Source: Ramazzottius varieornatus (taxonomy: Eukaryota > Animalia > Tardigrada). From it: DNA of 64,000 nt. The translations under genes were made by a program, and so were the position numbers. The DNA is taken from assembly GCA_001949185.1 (NCBI GenBank), contig BDGG01000002.1, forward strand, positions 3,097,826 to 3,161,825, written 5' to 3'. Under the pieces are notes generated by a model that saw only the letters and a program-made list of their open reading frames with translations, was not told the DNA's origin and made no database searches. Shown here one piece after another: positions 38,901-52,222 of the stretch (position 1 is its first letter; each line of letters begins with the position of its first letter).

Positions 38901-39147
38901 TGCATTTTTTGATCAAATCATCCAATCATAGGTCGTACGTACGGGAAGAAATCTATGTGGATCCACGTCCGCCTTCGGTATTTCCGGTGCGTTGTCCTAC
39001 CCGTGTCTAATCGAAGTATTCTTCATCAAGAGAGGCTGCATTGCTAATCCCTTGGAGGTTGTTGGACACCAGATGACGGCCAGGAAGATGCCTGTACTTT
39101 TGGCAGAATTTAAAATAAAGTACGACGATTGAACTGTCACGGCCAAG

Positions 39148-42100
39148 ATGAGGATCAGATGGATTACCTATCAGTATTATTCTGTATGGACTTTGCTTTT
39201 GTTCTGCTCAATCACTTCCGGAAAACTATGGAGCAAGTACTCAGACCAGGTGAGGTCAAGTCGAGTTATCAACACCTGAGGTCTCACCCTCCACGTGGCA
39301 ATCAGCTTTAATTAATCGATGTGTCTCTTTATGAACGTTGGATTGTTCATAGGCATCAGTAAGCCATTTGCTGGAGCAACGCACGAAATCTTTGTACGAA
39401 GACACTCACAAGCTGAACGCAATCTCACCAGATTTTGTAAACTCGATATGGAGTAACATCGACGTCCCCACATCAGTTGGTGATTTCTACACCACTGCAC
39501 CCAGCAAACCAACCACCCCGTTGCCGCTCCTGATAACCACGACGGATTCAAATTTCAGCCTCATGAAGATGCACCCTCTCAAGCCGAAACAGACTGACAT
39601 TTCGACCCTTGAGCCTAAAATTACATTCGTCTACAAGGAAGCCACCACACCTGATCCACTCAGTTCTGACCTTGATCCACGCTTCATTGAACAGGTATTC
39701 AGGCAGACAATTCCAAAGAATAGCCCTGCGCTACCTTCCCGCACGGACAATCCGCCATTCAACCCATTCCCCCCGCAATTCTTCGACAAGACACAAAATC
39801 AATGGAACTCTATCGACAATCCAATCATTATCAATTTAAACGAGTCGCAACCGTATTCGCCGTTCGGGATGACAGAGCAACCTGTGCAGAACATGCCATG
39901 GATGCCACGCGACGATGCTCGAAACTTGATTCTCCCTGGTTCTTCGGACCAGCCTACAGCGCTTGCTTTGACGTCCGAACCGGCTGGGTTTTCACAGCTC
40001 CCTATGACAAGTATCCCACCTTGGCCACACCGAACAATCAACCCACAACACATGCAACTGGGCACCACGAATTCATTCCGTCCACAAGAGCCTCCAGCTA
40101 AGGTTAACCAGGATACCCGGGTCAATCGACCTGGTCCTGACTCCAGCTTCTCTGTGATATCTGGTCCGAACTCACCGATGAAAGGCGGTCCGAGTGGGCC
40201 ATTTATCGCTGGTAATCCACCACCCACTTCAACTCCGCCTCGCATTCGGCAGATGCGCATCACGCCTTTGGTTCCCATCACAATGACCACTCGAGGTGGC
40301 GCTGTGGACAGACAAGATTTCGACCCAAACTCTGACCGTCAGGACATTGTTACCTCAACCATGCCTAACAGACCCAATGACCAGCCGGAATCTATCTCTC
40401 AACTGGCCCAGAATTTTGTTCGTGACCGAAAAGAAGGAAGAACGAGAGAGCCTATGCCGTCTGATCAGGTCTCCAAACGGCGATTCATGTCAGTCGGTGG
40501 ATTCAGACGACGAACCGCGAGGCCGTTCTACGCGGCGCAGCGGAAGCGGATCACGACCACGACGACTACCACCATGTCACCCTTCATCGCTTCAATCCAG
40601 ATAGAAAGTCATCCAGTGACGATTCAGCAAGACTCTCAACAGAGCAGTATCCGTCTTCCGCCCGTGTGGGATGGAAAAGTTACCGTTCAAAACAGCGGAC
40701 AGGCTGATGCCTTCCCACAGCCTCAAAACTTCCATCAGACTCAAGGGAATAATCAAGGGCAAAGGCAGGAAGGGTCGAGACCGTTGAACACCGGACAAAA
40801 CGTTGGCATTCAGCTACCTCCGGTTTGGGATGGGAAGACGTCTAACGAGAACAAGCAGCTGAACCCGCCACCGTTACCACCAGTACAACAATTTCCAGAG
40901 GCAGCAGCACCAGTCCAGCAGATGAATAATCAGCAGCTGACGAACAGTATCAACATTGGTGCTACACCTATTCCGTCAAACGAAAACAGTGCTGAGGTGT
41001 TCGCCAACCCAATGTCAAGGCAAACTACACCCTTTGTCTGTCCTTGTTTACAAAATCCGGTTGGTCAAAGCGGGGCGTCCGTCACTCCGCCAACAGTACC
41101 AATGGTACCACAGTTCCCACAACAGCAAATGCAGGGATCGATGGAGCCAAACCGCGGGTTCAACCTTGGGATCCAATCACAGAACAGCTTTATTCGGAAC
41201 GAGAACGGTAACCAAGTCTTGATGACAGGAAATCCTCGTCGGGACTTTGGCAATGCCCTACAACAGACCGCTTTCCCCCAAAATGCTCAGATGGGAATCG
41301 GACAATTCTTCAGTTCCGGGCCAATGCAAGGACCGACATTCCAACAACCGGTAAACAACAACGGTGGATCTCCCCTATGCATGGAAAGTAACGATATCAA
41401 TATTGGACAAAATAAACTAGGAAGCGCTTCCTTCGTATTGAGGCCTTCGTCGGCAGACGATCCGTATAGCCCGGTAGGGCGAGCCACTTTCGAATACTTG
41501 CCCTCCGTGAATTCCATCAACACCAACAGCAACGGTCTCAACAACTTCCCTGGACCAGAAAAGTATAAACCATCCTCCAACAACGAAGTAAGAAATTTCG
41601 GGATGAACGGTAACGCCGTGATTACCGGACAGAGGCCGTATCCAGGAGCTGAATCTACCATCATTGGTCAACAAGGCTCCAACAAAGCCCTTCAGTTCTC
41701 CAGCAATGCGAACAGTCCAAACGTCGATTTATTGGCTATCCGACCAAGAGTTACCCCGCAGGCCCAACCGACGCTTCCTCGCCCCACCATGCCGTCTCAG
41801 GGTTTCGAGACTACCACCCCTTCTCAGTGGCAGCCCTTTACGCCGCACTGGTCCACTACAATCGCAGTTGAAAGTCCCTCGCAAGTTGTGTCAATCTCTG
41901 GACTGAAGCAGCTTCGACAAGACACCCCCGAAAATCAAATACCAAAAGGCCCACTGCCCATTTGGTCGTACAACATTCCTGAAGACAATAGATACCAACA
42001 GGGAAATAGTTATCAAAACAGGGACGGTGAGTTGATCGATCTCCAAGGCACGCAGCAAACCATCACGGTTGATATTATTCATCCAGTCCGACGATTGATT

Positions 42101-44142
42101 AGTGTCAGTGCCAATACGCCGATCTGTGCCCAGTCTCAAGTCAATCTCGATCTGGACAGTTCGACTCCACCGAACACCATTCTGGGGACCATCCTAGCCG
42201 CTGATCCAGGTGCGCTATCGCTACAGTGGTCGATCGAACGAGACTCGACAGGTGGTATCTTTTCTGTGAACAAAGTGACGGGCGACTTCGGGCTGATTGG
42301 GTCGCTGAAGGGCATCAACGAGGCGAAAGTCGAAGTTCGTGTGGCTAACTCGTTAGGTCAGTTCTGCATCACGTTGGTGGTGGTCCGCGTACGGAGATCC
42401 TTCGATGCAGCCAACGGGGACGTTGAATCAAGACAGATGGGAATACCAGGGAATAGCGGTAGTTGGTTCTCACATGATTCCTTCAACGTGACGATACCTT
42501 GCTCTCTGCCCAGTGAGACTTTGATCATGCAAGCAACGGCTCGGCATCCTACTGGCCAGCCGATACGGTACTTGCTTCGTGGATCGGATGAGTTTGGGTT
42601 GAACCAGACGGGCTATGTGGCTCTCCTGAAGCTAAACTTGGGTAACCCGGAACCATTTCGCTCGTTTGTGATCGTTGCTCAGGACACGTCAGGTACACAA
42701 CTTCAACAAACTGTGTATTACGATATGCCAATGCATTGATTTGTCTCTGTACAGGACGAGAGTCGACTGCAACGATCAATGTCAATTTGGACTTGTCCAC
42801 ATGCTACGGACCGCAGTTCGACGTGGCCGCATTCCTCTATGACGTCAACACGGACTGTTCGGGAGTTCGCCCAACTGACGAGATTTCTCAGATAGTGGTA
42901 CGTGTGCGCTTCCCGGTAGCTTCTCCCTAGTGTCAAGTATCCACTAGAGGACTTGTACACTGTACGCCAATATGGTCACCCCAAAGTGGGCGGTGTAATG
43001 GGTGCGGTTAGGCAGTGGAAATCTGGCGTAAATCTCGGCGGCTGATTACTTGACTGCAATCAGCTGTTTACTTACGTCATGCAGGAAAATTACGCCCAGA
43101 GACACTGCCCACTTTGGAGTGACCATATTGGCGTACATTGCATGTGTGTAAAAAGTAGTTTTGATTTAGGCACTACCTCCAAGTCCACAGAGTCAACTGA
43201 GCTACAGCTTGATTGGAACGAATCAGTTTATGGTAGATTCAATGTCAGGTATAACCCGGACTGACAAGGAAACCATCCATTTTTCTACGCATCAATCAAC
43301 AGTCTAGGTTTCAGCTATGGTATTTTGTAGGTATCATCAGTTCGGCTTTAGCAATCGAGGCCACGCAGCGACTTCCGGACTTTGGGGTGAGTTGGCATAA
43401 CGGTCAGTCAAGCAGCGTCATGTTTAGACCACGGTATTTTGCTACAGATTGTAGTCGCCGACAGCTTCGGCAGAAAAGACACAGCTACGGTCCGCATATC
43501 CGTCTTTGTAAACTGTAGCACTACAGTGCTGCCGGGAACCTCTAACGATGCCGTCGCAACGACTCCGGTAGAAGCAGCACCGAACAAGTGGAAATCACTT
43601 GACGAAATTGGGACAGACCTCGGCGACTTCCTCATGCGAGTACCTTGCGCTTCGCCCAAAGGAACTGTCGTTGCTGCCGTGAACCCGAGTGTTCTTGTAA
43701 GTTTGAAGGTACATCAGTTTGCAGAAAACCAGGCAGAGTATCGTGCAACTAGTGATGTGTGTTTCAGCTGAACTTAGGCACGAACGTTCCTGATATAAGG
43801 TTGGAGAACACTGCTGAGTTTGTCATCAGCCAACCGAACGGAACGATAACCGCACAAGTCGATCTCCCGGACGTCGACACTTTGTTTAACTTTCCTCTGG
43901 TAGCCGACGGTTCACCATTTGGTTTGGGAAGAATAGTGGGAAATATCACGGTGCAAGTCGTGTGCGACTCACTGAGGACTCCGTTGAGTATCAAGAAGGC
44001 TGTCCGGTCGGGCTCGACGGAGCAGGTCTCCGTTCCCTCCCTGCAAGTTTCCACATTTCCTTTTACACGACTAGATCCATGGAACGCTCATCTAGACCTT
44101 ACCTTTCACAACGAAACAGCGGTTGCGACATCGAATAAGTGA
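39148..44142 (+). CDS. Large secreted protein: signal peptide, ~900-aa Pro/Gln/Asn/Thr-rich region, several degenerate cadherin-like repeats
   Basis: Exon 39148-39249 encodes MRIRWITYQYYSVWTLLLFCSITSG and splices in frame to a giant exon 39353-42692. Cadherin-like strings include STPPNTILGTILAADPG...WSI...IFSVNKVTG, LPSETLIMQATARHP...IRYLL, IVAQDTSGRESTATINV, IVVADSFGRKDTATVRISV and FVISQPNGTITA. Downstream exons are approximate. Confidence 0.75.
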
Positions 44143-44686
44143 TGCAGCATCGTTCAAAGTATTCCTGTTACGCAGTATGCTGGACACCTCCTTTTGTGCT
44201 TTTCGTGCGAACGGTAAAATAAAGCTGCAGAAACCGTAATAGGACAACGGCTGCCAGACACGCATTTCGTAAAGGTTGGATAGCCGGAATAAGCTGAATC
44301 TCAGGCGACTGCACCAGGACCGTTCCTGCAGTACTTGCAGAAATTGCTCCGCCTTTCAATATATGTCTCCGCTCAGAGGTGGCGATCTGTATCATGAGAT
44401 ACGAAATGGAGTGTAATTCAACCAGCACAACCACCAGACCACAAACCTGAACAAGATACCGTCCTGATTTTGCTTTGCAATTGAGAATGTTGCTGTGCTG
44501 AATCCACTCGGCTTCAAACACTGTACGAAATACTGTCCAAATACTCGTACCTCGTCAGTCCCTCAGCAAGTATTCTTACAGTTACAGACATAGCTTTTCC
44601 GATTCTTTCGGATATGTCGCTGTTACGGGCTGTTTTTTGTATAAGACGGCGTTTCGGTCACATCACGTTACGAGATATTTCGCATA

Positions 44687-44808
44687 CTGTAATGCTTCTT
44701 GAGCTTCGCGAACTGGACGTCACGGTACGCGTAGAGTTTACGGGTATGATGACGCATACTGCATAAGCTTACTATGCCGCAATTCGCGAAGTTTAAGAAG
44801 CATTACAG
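44687..44808. mobile_element. Small TA-flanked MITE
   Basis: TA|CTGTAATGCTTCTTGAGCTTCGCGAA ... TTCGCGAAGTTTAAGAAGCATTACAG|TA. Confidence 0.8.
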
Positions 44809-44834
44809 TATGTCACGTATAGGCACCCGTTTGA

Positions 44835-45735
44835 AACGGCCCCGTACCTGAAACCCTAATAACAATTTCGCCTAACATACTCTTTCCCATAAATGGCAAA
44901 CCCCACAGCCTCGAACCCGAACAACTTCGACCCCGAAGAACCGCAGAACCGAAGACCACCTTCCCCGGAGAACGCTTCCCACTACACACGTTTTCTGACA
45001 GGCACCTGATCACTGTAACGTCAACACTTTTTAACGATTGCTTCTCCGAATCCGTAATGAACATCATATTGCCTCATTTAAACTTGACGAACGAAACCAT
45101 CCTTGGTTTGTTGTTGGAACCAGAAACAAAAGCTGCTATCTTGAAAGCCGAGCCACCACTTTCGATGGCCGGGATAGACAATTCGACTTCCGCAGCCCAA
45201 AAGCTAAATGTAACTGAAAATAATCAGTCAACCGGTGGGGAAATTTTGTAAAGTTATCAAAGGACCACAACTCAAACAAAAAGCACAAATCAAAATGATG
45301 CTGTGAGAAATGACATGCATCGATTCGATCGAACCAACGGTCTGCCGCTCAAGGTATCCAGTACAAGGTGCTTCGCTTAACAGCAGCTCAATTCGATAAA
45401 ACATTCTCTCTCACGGTTCAAGCTGCGAAAAACACTTTCGCTAATTTATCGTCCGACTACTCAGGGAGGGCACGGAGGGCAAGTCCAAAGTCCAAACAAT
45501 ATAACAGATTGTCACTAAAATTGTAAATTTGTTTTCGGAGGAAATGTTATTAGGGAAAGTGATCATCGGGGCTGAATTTATTGAGGTTCGTGACTGCTAG
45601 GAGTCGAAGCTGGTCGGGATCATAGCTCTTCGGGATTGAGGACATATTTAAGGGACAGGGGTTGCCGTGTTGTTCGGGTGCGAACCTGTTAGGGAAAGGC
45701 GTTCTTCGGGTCCGAGGCTCTTCGGAGTCACCCTT
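44835..45735. mobile_element. Degenerate foldback/Mutator-like relic with ~15-bp-period subterminal tandem arrays in inverted orientation
   Basis: The left arm has repeated CCCGAACAAC/CCCGAAGAAC/CCCTAATAAC units. The right arm (~45545-45735) has the complementary GTTATTAGGG/GTTCTTCGGG/GTTGTTCGGG units. TSD not identified. Confidence 0.5.
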
Positions 45736-45874
45736 AGGAGAAGCTGGAGTTAGAGACAATAGGATTTCAATCATTGCAAGAATAAAGAAACAAATGATAC
45801 ATAGAATAAATAATACAGCTGGAAAGCCACTGCAATGTTGGAATATGTCAGTCCGATTCTATGAACTTACCGAA

Positions 45875-46062
45875 TCTGCACGAAGAAAAAATCACGGTCC
45901 ACGCGGAAAAGACGGCAAAATGAAACTTGAACTGTAGAAATGATTCGATAAGTGCACTAGTGCGAACCAGGCACGAATGTGTACGTACGTACTTCCGTAC
46001 CGCCGCAGCGAAGAAGGCTCGCCCAAATTTCGCTGGTCCCTTATTCCTCCCCGTGCTGGCAC
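45875..46062. mobile_element. Degenerate second copy of the 33591-33771 MITE
   Basis: GCGGAAAAGACGGCAAAATGAAACTTGAACTGTAGAAA and GTGTACGTACGTACTTCCGTACCGCCGCAGCGAA match the interior of 33591-33771; termini are eroded. Confidence 0.6.
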
Positions 46063-46440
46063 ATAGGACTCAGAGACCCTACCGAAAATACGTAAATGAC
46101 CGTCTGTTTCTCGCTCCGCACCTTAGCGGAATGATCATTTTTTTGCATACCATATGCCGGTTACGGCGTATTTTCTGGTTCTCATTTGACCAGCGATATA
46201 TGATTCCCTTTTCGTTTTTCGTTCCCCTTTTCTTCTCTCCTCCCTGAAATCGGCTTCGGCTTCGGCTTCGGCTTGTCCGTTCCGGAAGAACGCCGCGCCG
46301 AGAATTTTCCGCTAAGCGACGATCGGTATCAATCAAGTCACACTTAGAGTCCTACGATCCCGTACACGTTAAGTTCAGGACCGTTCATGCTCTGGCCTGT
46401 AATGCTAGGCGCAGTAGGCACTGTGATCTCAGGCTCTGTA

Positions 46441-48414
46441 CACGCACGAAGGTGAAGTATGGACCAGCACAAAGTTTGGACCAGCACAAAGTTTGGACCA
46501 GACGGAGAAGACGGCAAATTTGAACTGCACATGCGAACAATAATCAGAAACCAGCCGTTTGACGTAGATCAGTAAATCTTAACTCGCCGTGGACAGTGGC
46601 CATCAGCTGGTCAGCTGTTGAAATTTAGTGTAAAAGTGGTGTGCAGTTAGAGTTTGCTACTTTCCATCCAGATCGCGTTGCCATTCACGTTTCCACTTTA
46701 GTAGGTCGTTTCAAAATGTCTCAGGTTTTTAAAACCAAGACGCGCCCTGCAGCGAAGAGATTCTAAAGACAGCTCGTTGAAAATGGCACGAGACTTTGCG
46801 AAGCAGAACGTTTGTACAACGTGTCTCGAAACACCATCGCCCCTTATGCCATGAATCTCAAGGCAGGCAGGATGGTCAAGGGGAGAGAACTCAATACTTC
46901 GGAAGAAGCCTACTAGTGGACTTACTGAAGAAATTTGGAAATACTGGACTTCCTGTGAACAAGACCCAGCTACGAGGCTTCGTGGACTAGACGGGGAATC
47001 GCGAAAGGTGTTGCAAAGGTTTTCCTGCAAAGGGCAAAATGCCCAAGAATATCGGCTCAAAATATAAGGCAGTCGCCTTCGTAGAACTCCCGATGAACAC
47101 CTCGATGCAAAGTTTTACTCAGCGAGTTGTACGAGCAAGACTACCTGTCGGATCCGGAGGGAATCATCAACCTGGACGAGTCTGGCTTTATTGTCGGTTT
47201 CGAGCAGGAGAAGGTGTATGCTCAGAAAGGCAAGAAACTCGTCCATTCCGACAGGACGTGCTCCATAATGCTCCCCTAAAAGCACGTCAACCGTCGTTTT
47301 CGATCTGCTGCTATATTTTTCTAACGTAACGTATGGTTCTTCGCAGTGTAGCGTTTCTGGACGGCTATTATAGTTATGTCACACTCAAGTGGTGTACAGA
47401 GTCCAGGAAAGACAAACGCCTTGTATGCTTGCTTTCCGGCCAAACTGACAAGCTTCAACTGCTAGTAAGTTCCCCATTTGAAACTATGAAGACCACTGTC
47501 AATGGACAGATTTCAAGTCGTTTCCCCGTATGGACCATCAGTTCCAGATAGTAACAAATTCGCAAAACTTACATTTATATAAACGAATATAACCGTCGAT
47601 GATTTATAATTTTTGATATTTAGGTGACCCAAAATACGTTTCTTGGACGACTAGCTGAGCTATGTACTCCGAAAACCAGCACGTTTTCTTCCGAATTCAA
47701 AGCGTCGTTGAGAAGCGGTTTTCGAAATACTAGAATTTTCCCTTTCTTTGCCGATATTATTCGTGAAACTGTGGATAAGGAACTGATCACATACGACGCC
47801 CATTCCGTACCAGAGCTGAGTAGAGAAAGTTCCCCCATGAAGAAAGTTGCAAACAATTTGCGTTCCGACAAGGTTAAGATGAGCGACGCCTGTCTCGAGT
47901 CGACTGGCAACATCCTGTCAGGCTACAAACTTGTGGCTGTGTAAAGCCTTCCACTGGCTAGACAAGAACCCTACAAGGTCGGTCGATGTAGAACGAATTA
48001 GGATCAAAAGGGAACTGACTGGAGAGAGTTTTCTTTATTAGTAACGCTAGGTCTCAAGAGAAGGAAAGGGGAAAAAGGAGTCCCGACTGTTATTGAGCAG
48101 TCGGTTTATATACTTTGACAGCGAAGCAGAAGGAAAGAGAAAGTTCTAAAAGTACGTGAAGTGTTCGTGCTGATTCAGCACGAGTGCCTCATTGCCGAGG
48201 TAAGCTCTTTAAAGCTGATACAGTTCAAACTAAAGCTACAGCTCTTCTTTGTGGTATCCATATATGGTATGCCACGATCCCCCGGGTCGATATCCACCAC
48301 GTATGAACGCCACTGTGTACGTTTTTTTCTCGTAGCAAAAAGCTCCTGCCCCTGCCGCGGGAGCGAAAAAGCCTGGTCCAGACTTTGTACTGGTCGACTT
48401 TGCCTTCGTGCGTG
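46441..48414 (+). mobile_element. Decayed pogo/Fot1-like DNA transposon (~2 kb)
   Basis: TA|CACGCACGAAGGTGAAGTATGGACCAGCACAAAGTTTGGACCAG is mirrored by CTGGTCCAGACTTTGTACTGGTCGACTTTGCCTTCGTGCGTG. Transposase remnants include a psq-type HTH (EAERLYNVSRNTI, ~46800), IINLDESGF (~47163-47190) and KVYAQKGKK, with many stops and frameshifts. Confidence 0.8.
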
Positions 48415-49016
48415 TGCGTCCAGAGTGGAGCATGATCGAGATTTCGTACAGCCATACATGATCCTGATTATACTGTAGATGGCCTCTTTGGTAGGCTTTC
48501 CTCCAATCTCTTTGTCCAGTTGCCATCTGTTACAGTATAGTGCAGGCAGTACGCAAACAGCTGGATGCTCCTTGCTAAATCATTCTTTCCTCAGCTGGAT
48601 GGACCTCATGATGGATGGTGCACCGGAAGCTCAAACTCCATGCATGCTTTATGCGATCGTGCGTGTCCGCCCACCTTGACAGTCACCCCATTGATCCCAA
48701 GCACTTCCGTGTTCGTTCCGTAATCATGAAAATTAGAGGTCAAAATCTTTTCATGTTTCTAGCCTCTATATGAAAACGTAACCAGCTACATAGGGGCATA
48801 CCGAAGTCGTCAGTTTAGTTCAAAATTCTTGACGTCCCTGCTTCATCTGACTGACTATCCGACCCTCGGCTGCTTTTATGAATAGCCAACGCTAGACTGT
48901 AAGACTGCTTTTACTGAATGATATCTCGGTTATCTGAACAACAGTAGCAAAACATTCACTTCCAAAACCTCGGCTAGCGTATTTCTCCCCTAACTATCGT
49001 TCTACTTCGACTTAAA

Positions 49017-50191
49017 ATGATTCAACTGAGCTTACCTGTTTCTGGCTTAACAAACCGGTCAGTCATCGCTGGATCAAACGTCTCAAATCACAATGCTCCT
49101 CATCATCCGTCTCTTCTTGGGTGGTCCGTTACTTACTTCGTTCTCTGCTTCTCCGCTGCCTGCACTAACGTTGCCTTGTTGACTGCTGTAGTTCGAGACA
49201 GAAACTCTACTGTGGCTACCCGAATCCTGATTGGTAACCTCGCGGTGTCAGCCCTGCTGTTGTCAGCCGTGTTACTTCCCGGGGCCGCTGTCGCTATCCT
49301 CGTTCGAAATTACTCTTCTGCTCAGAGTTCGAACTTCTGTCCTATCTTCTCCGCCATACTGTTCACCGTACAGGCTAGTGCTTGCTGGGCGGAAGTTTGT
49401 ATCGCGTATAACCGTCTGATCGCTATTTGTTTTCCCATTCACTACAACAGCCATTGGAAAGGTAAAAGGTCATCGATTATCACTGTTGCGTGTGCTTGGT
49501 TGATTTGTATCGTCATCGGTATCTTGCTTGGTACTGCGACTGGCGCGCGAATTGTATCGATTCCTGATGGTAACTGCGGAATGCGAGCGTCAAACGACTT
49601 TGGCCATTTTGTAATTTATTCCGTCAATATTATCCCGTACGGCATTGCGTCAGTTTGCTCGATCGGAATATTCGCAACAGTATGGCGAAGAGCCAGGTCG
49701 GTTCAGGTATCGGCTCAAAACGATCGGCAAAACCGACAAGTCAAGAGACGACTGGTCATGGCGAGAGCGATTTCGGCATCAATTATTTGGTGTCTCGTCT
49801 GTACGATTCCGCTAATGATGGTGACTACCAGGTTTCCCCAGTTGATTGCTAAAGACCCGTCGATTTCAAGATGGCTGAAATTATTGTACATTTCCGAGTA
49901 CGCTATCAACCCGGTAAGGTTTGACACGTGGGCTTGTTTTTGATGTGAGGGGAAGGCTAAGCGAGTGATTGTATACAGGTGGTATTTTTGGCCATGAGCT
50001 CAGCCTACCGAGCGGCTATTGGACTTCCGTGTCTATCAACGACTGCTAATCAAAACGAATGCCACTCTAGATTCATTAGCCACGCTTCTCGCACCAAAAC
50101 AATTCATCCTTCTCGTCGACAAAGTCTAGCGAAGGACTCTGCGATTGCCAATAAACGGAGATCGGACGAGCAAATAAGTACGGAGATTTGA
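49017..50191 (+). CDS. Orphan class A GPCR, divergent (2 exons, intron ~49914-49978)
   Basis: Seven hydrophobic segments, ILIGNLAVS, IAYNRLIAICFP (DRY variant), TM6 WCLVCTIP, and AINP|VVFL split by a GT-AG intron. Confidence 0.85.
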
Positions 50192-50914
50192 TATCTTCTA
50201 CGTTCGGCATAATTTCACTGCAACTGATCTCGAATTTGCATAATAAGGCGCACAACCACTTTTTGTCTGTCCGCCCAGAAGCGCTTTATTACCACTGCTC
50301 CTGCGCACCAGCGATGTAGCAACAATTACTGTCTCATTTATGTCTTTTTGGTGTTTTTTTTTTGAGTTTCCAACGTTCCCTCGTAGGACGCAGGTATAGT
50401 GGCTGACAGGTACTACAAAAGGACTGGTAAAATGAGAAACGAGTGTTCTTGAATGATAACATACAACATGTTCAGGTTGTGCCACTGTTTGCGACTCTGA
50501 TAAAAATCGATTTCATAACTTGAATAGTCTTATCAGGTTGTTCCGGTATCCTTCGCTCATTGTTACATATATGAGCTGCAACAAATAACACGAGTCAAAG
50601 GTCGTTTCCGGGAGGATGGTTGCCCAACCAGTCGAAGGCATGTGAACCACACAGTGGGGAAAACCCTGCCAATAGGCACGGAAGCAAGCAGGAGTGCAAC
50701 CTTTTCCGGTGATAAGTACCCTTACTGGCATTCACAACAAACTGAAGATTAATTAAGGTCTCCAGCCATGGATGGGTGATTCCTGAACACTCCCGTGTTT
50801 TGCGACACGTAGAAGTTGAGCGGAATGCAGCAGACCATGTACCAGATAACCGAAAGAAGAGGGCTTTTACGATACCGATCCATACCACAATTGACCGGGG
50901 AAGGTACTGGTCAT

Positions 50915-51190
50915 GGAGCCCTAATGAAAATTTCCCCTAACATGCATTTCTCCTAACTCGCGAACGCGACAGCCTTGGCCGCGAATGACTTTTTCCTTCA
51001 AAAATCGAAGGCTGACGGCCCAAAGTACATTTCCCCTAATAACGTCGTCCACGAACAACCTCGAGGTCGAACTTCCGCGAGCTCTAACAACATCCACCTC
51101 GAATGACCTCGCGCCCGAAGATCACTTCCCCGACGAACACAACTACTAGTAAAATTTCATTACGAACCTATAATAATCAACCTTCCCGCC
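50915..51190. repeat. Solo arm with ~15-bp-period tandem units related to 44835-45735
   Basis: CCCTAATGAA / CCCTAACATG / CCCTAATAAC / CACGAACAAC / CTCGAATGAC / CCCGAAGATC units. Confidence 0.45.
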
Positions 51191-52222
51191 AAAACGACAG
51201 AAGAGGGTCTCTTTTATGTTGGAATGAACTACAGGACCCGGAAATGGAAGTCAATTGACCGTTCCAGGATGCCGCGATGACGTAAACTCTTTGATTGCGG
51301 TGTTGATTGAAGACATCACGAACAACGTACTCTGCTGATCAGCAATGACCGAACACCGTGCCAAAACCAGCTGATGATGCGCGATGGTACGCCATCCAGT
51401 CCGAATCTGACGGAAAATCTGATTGGCTGGATTGCAATCTGTTCAATCAGGCACCCAACCGAAGAGCTTACGTCACTGCAGTAGTTTAAGTCCATCACTT
51501 CGGAGTTCTGTTGTTTATTCCAGGATGGTCAGGAGACTTAGCTTCATAGCTCATGTCGTAGAAGACTCCCTATCGTTTTGGTGGGACGGTTTGACTATCG
51601 TCTATTGGGATGTCGGGACAGGCATAGTTTCCTTGTGAGAACGCAGATTAAAAGATATGTGAAAGACTCGCGATGTGTGTGACTGGCACTACATGCACCG
51701 ATTCGACCAATACGACGGCCCTACGCTAAGCCTGACCCAGTGACCCTGCGTGCGTACTTTACTCTACCGCCACACCAAGCCCGCTTATTTCGAAATACAC
51801 TTCGTGTATCGGAGTTCCGAACTGCATGTGATGACAGCGCTAATTAACCGTGGGAATGATAATACAACATTGTGACGTAAGATAAGCTCAATCGTATCAG
51901 TGTCCATTCACCCAGAAAAGACACTGATTCTATACGAGCACTTTGACAGTTGAATTCGCGGGTATCGAAATCTTAGTATGAGGCCTCACAAGCAACGAAT
52001 TAGCGGAAAGCGTTCGTCGGGGCAGAAGTTATTAGAGACCTCGGTTGTTCAAAGCAATTGGCCACCAACGTTCCATGTTGCCACCATGCATCCACCGTCG
52101 CTTGTCTGTGCATAACTCTGGCGAGCCTTACGATAAAGAAAGTGACAGCGCCCATCAGAGCTGTATCAGAATGAGCCGAGGCCGAGCTTGTCTTTTGCCC
52201 ACACGCCTTTCAACCAGACTGA

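Noticed and set aside
46250-46274. (CGGCTT)4 repeat, and (CAGA)n at ~55735-55763
   Set aside because: Ordinary short microsatellites with no evidence of function.
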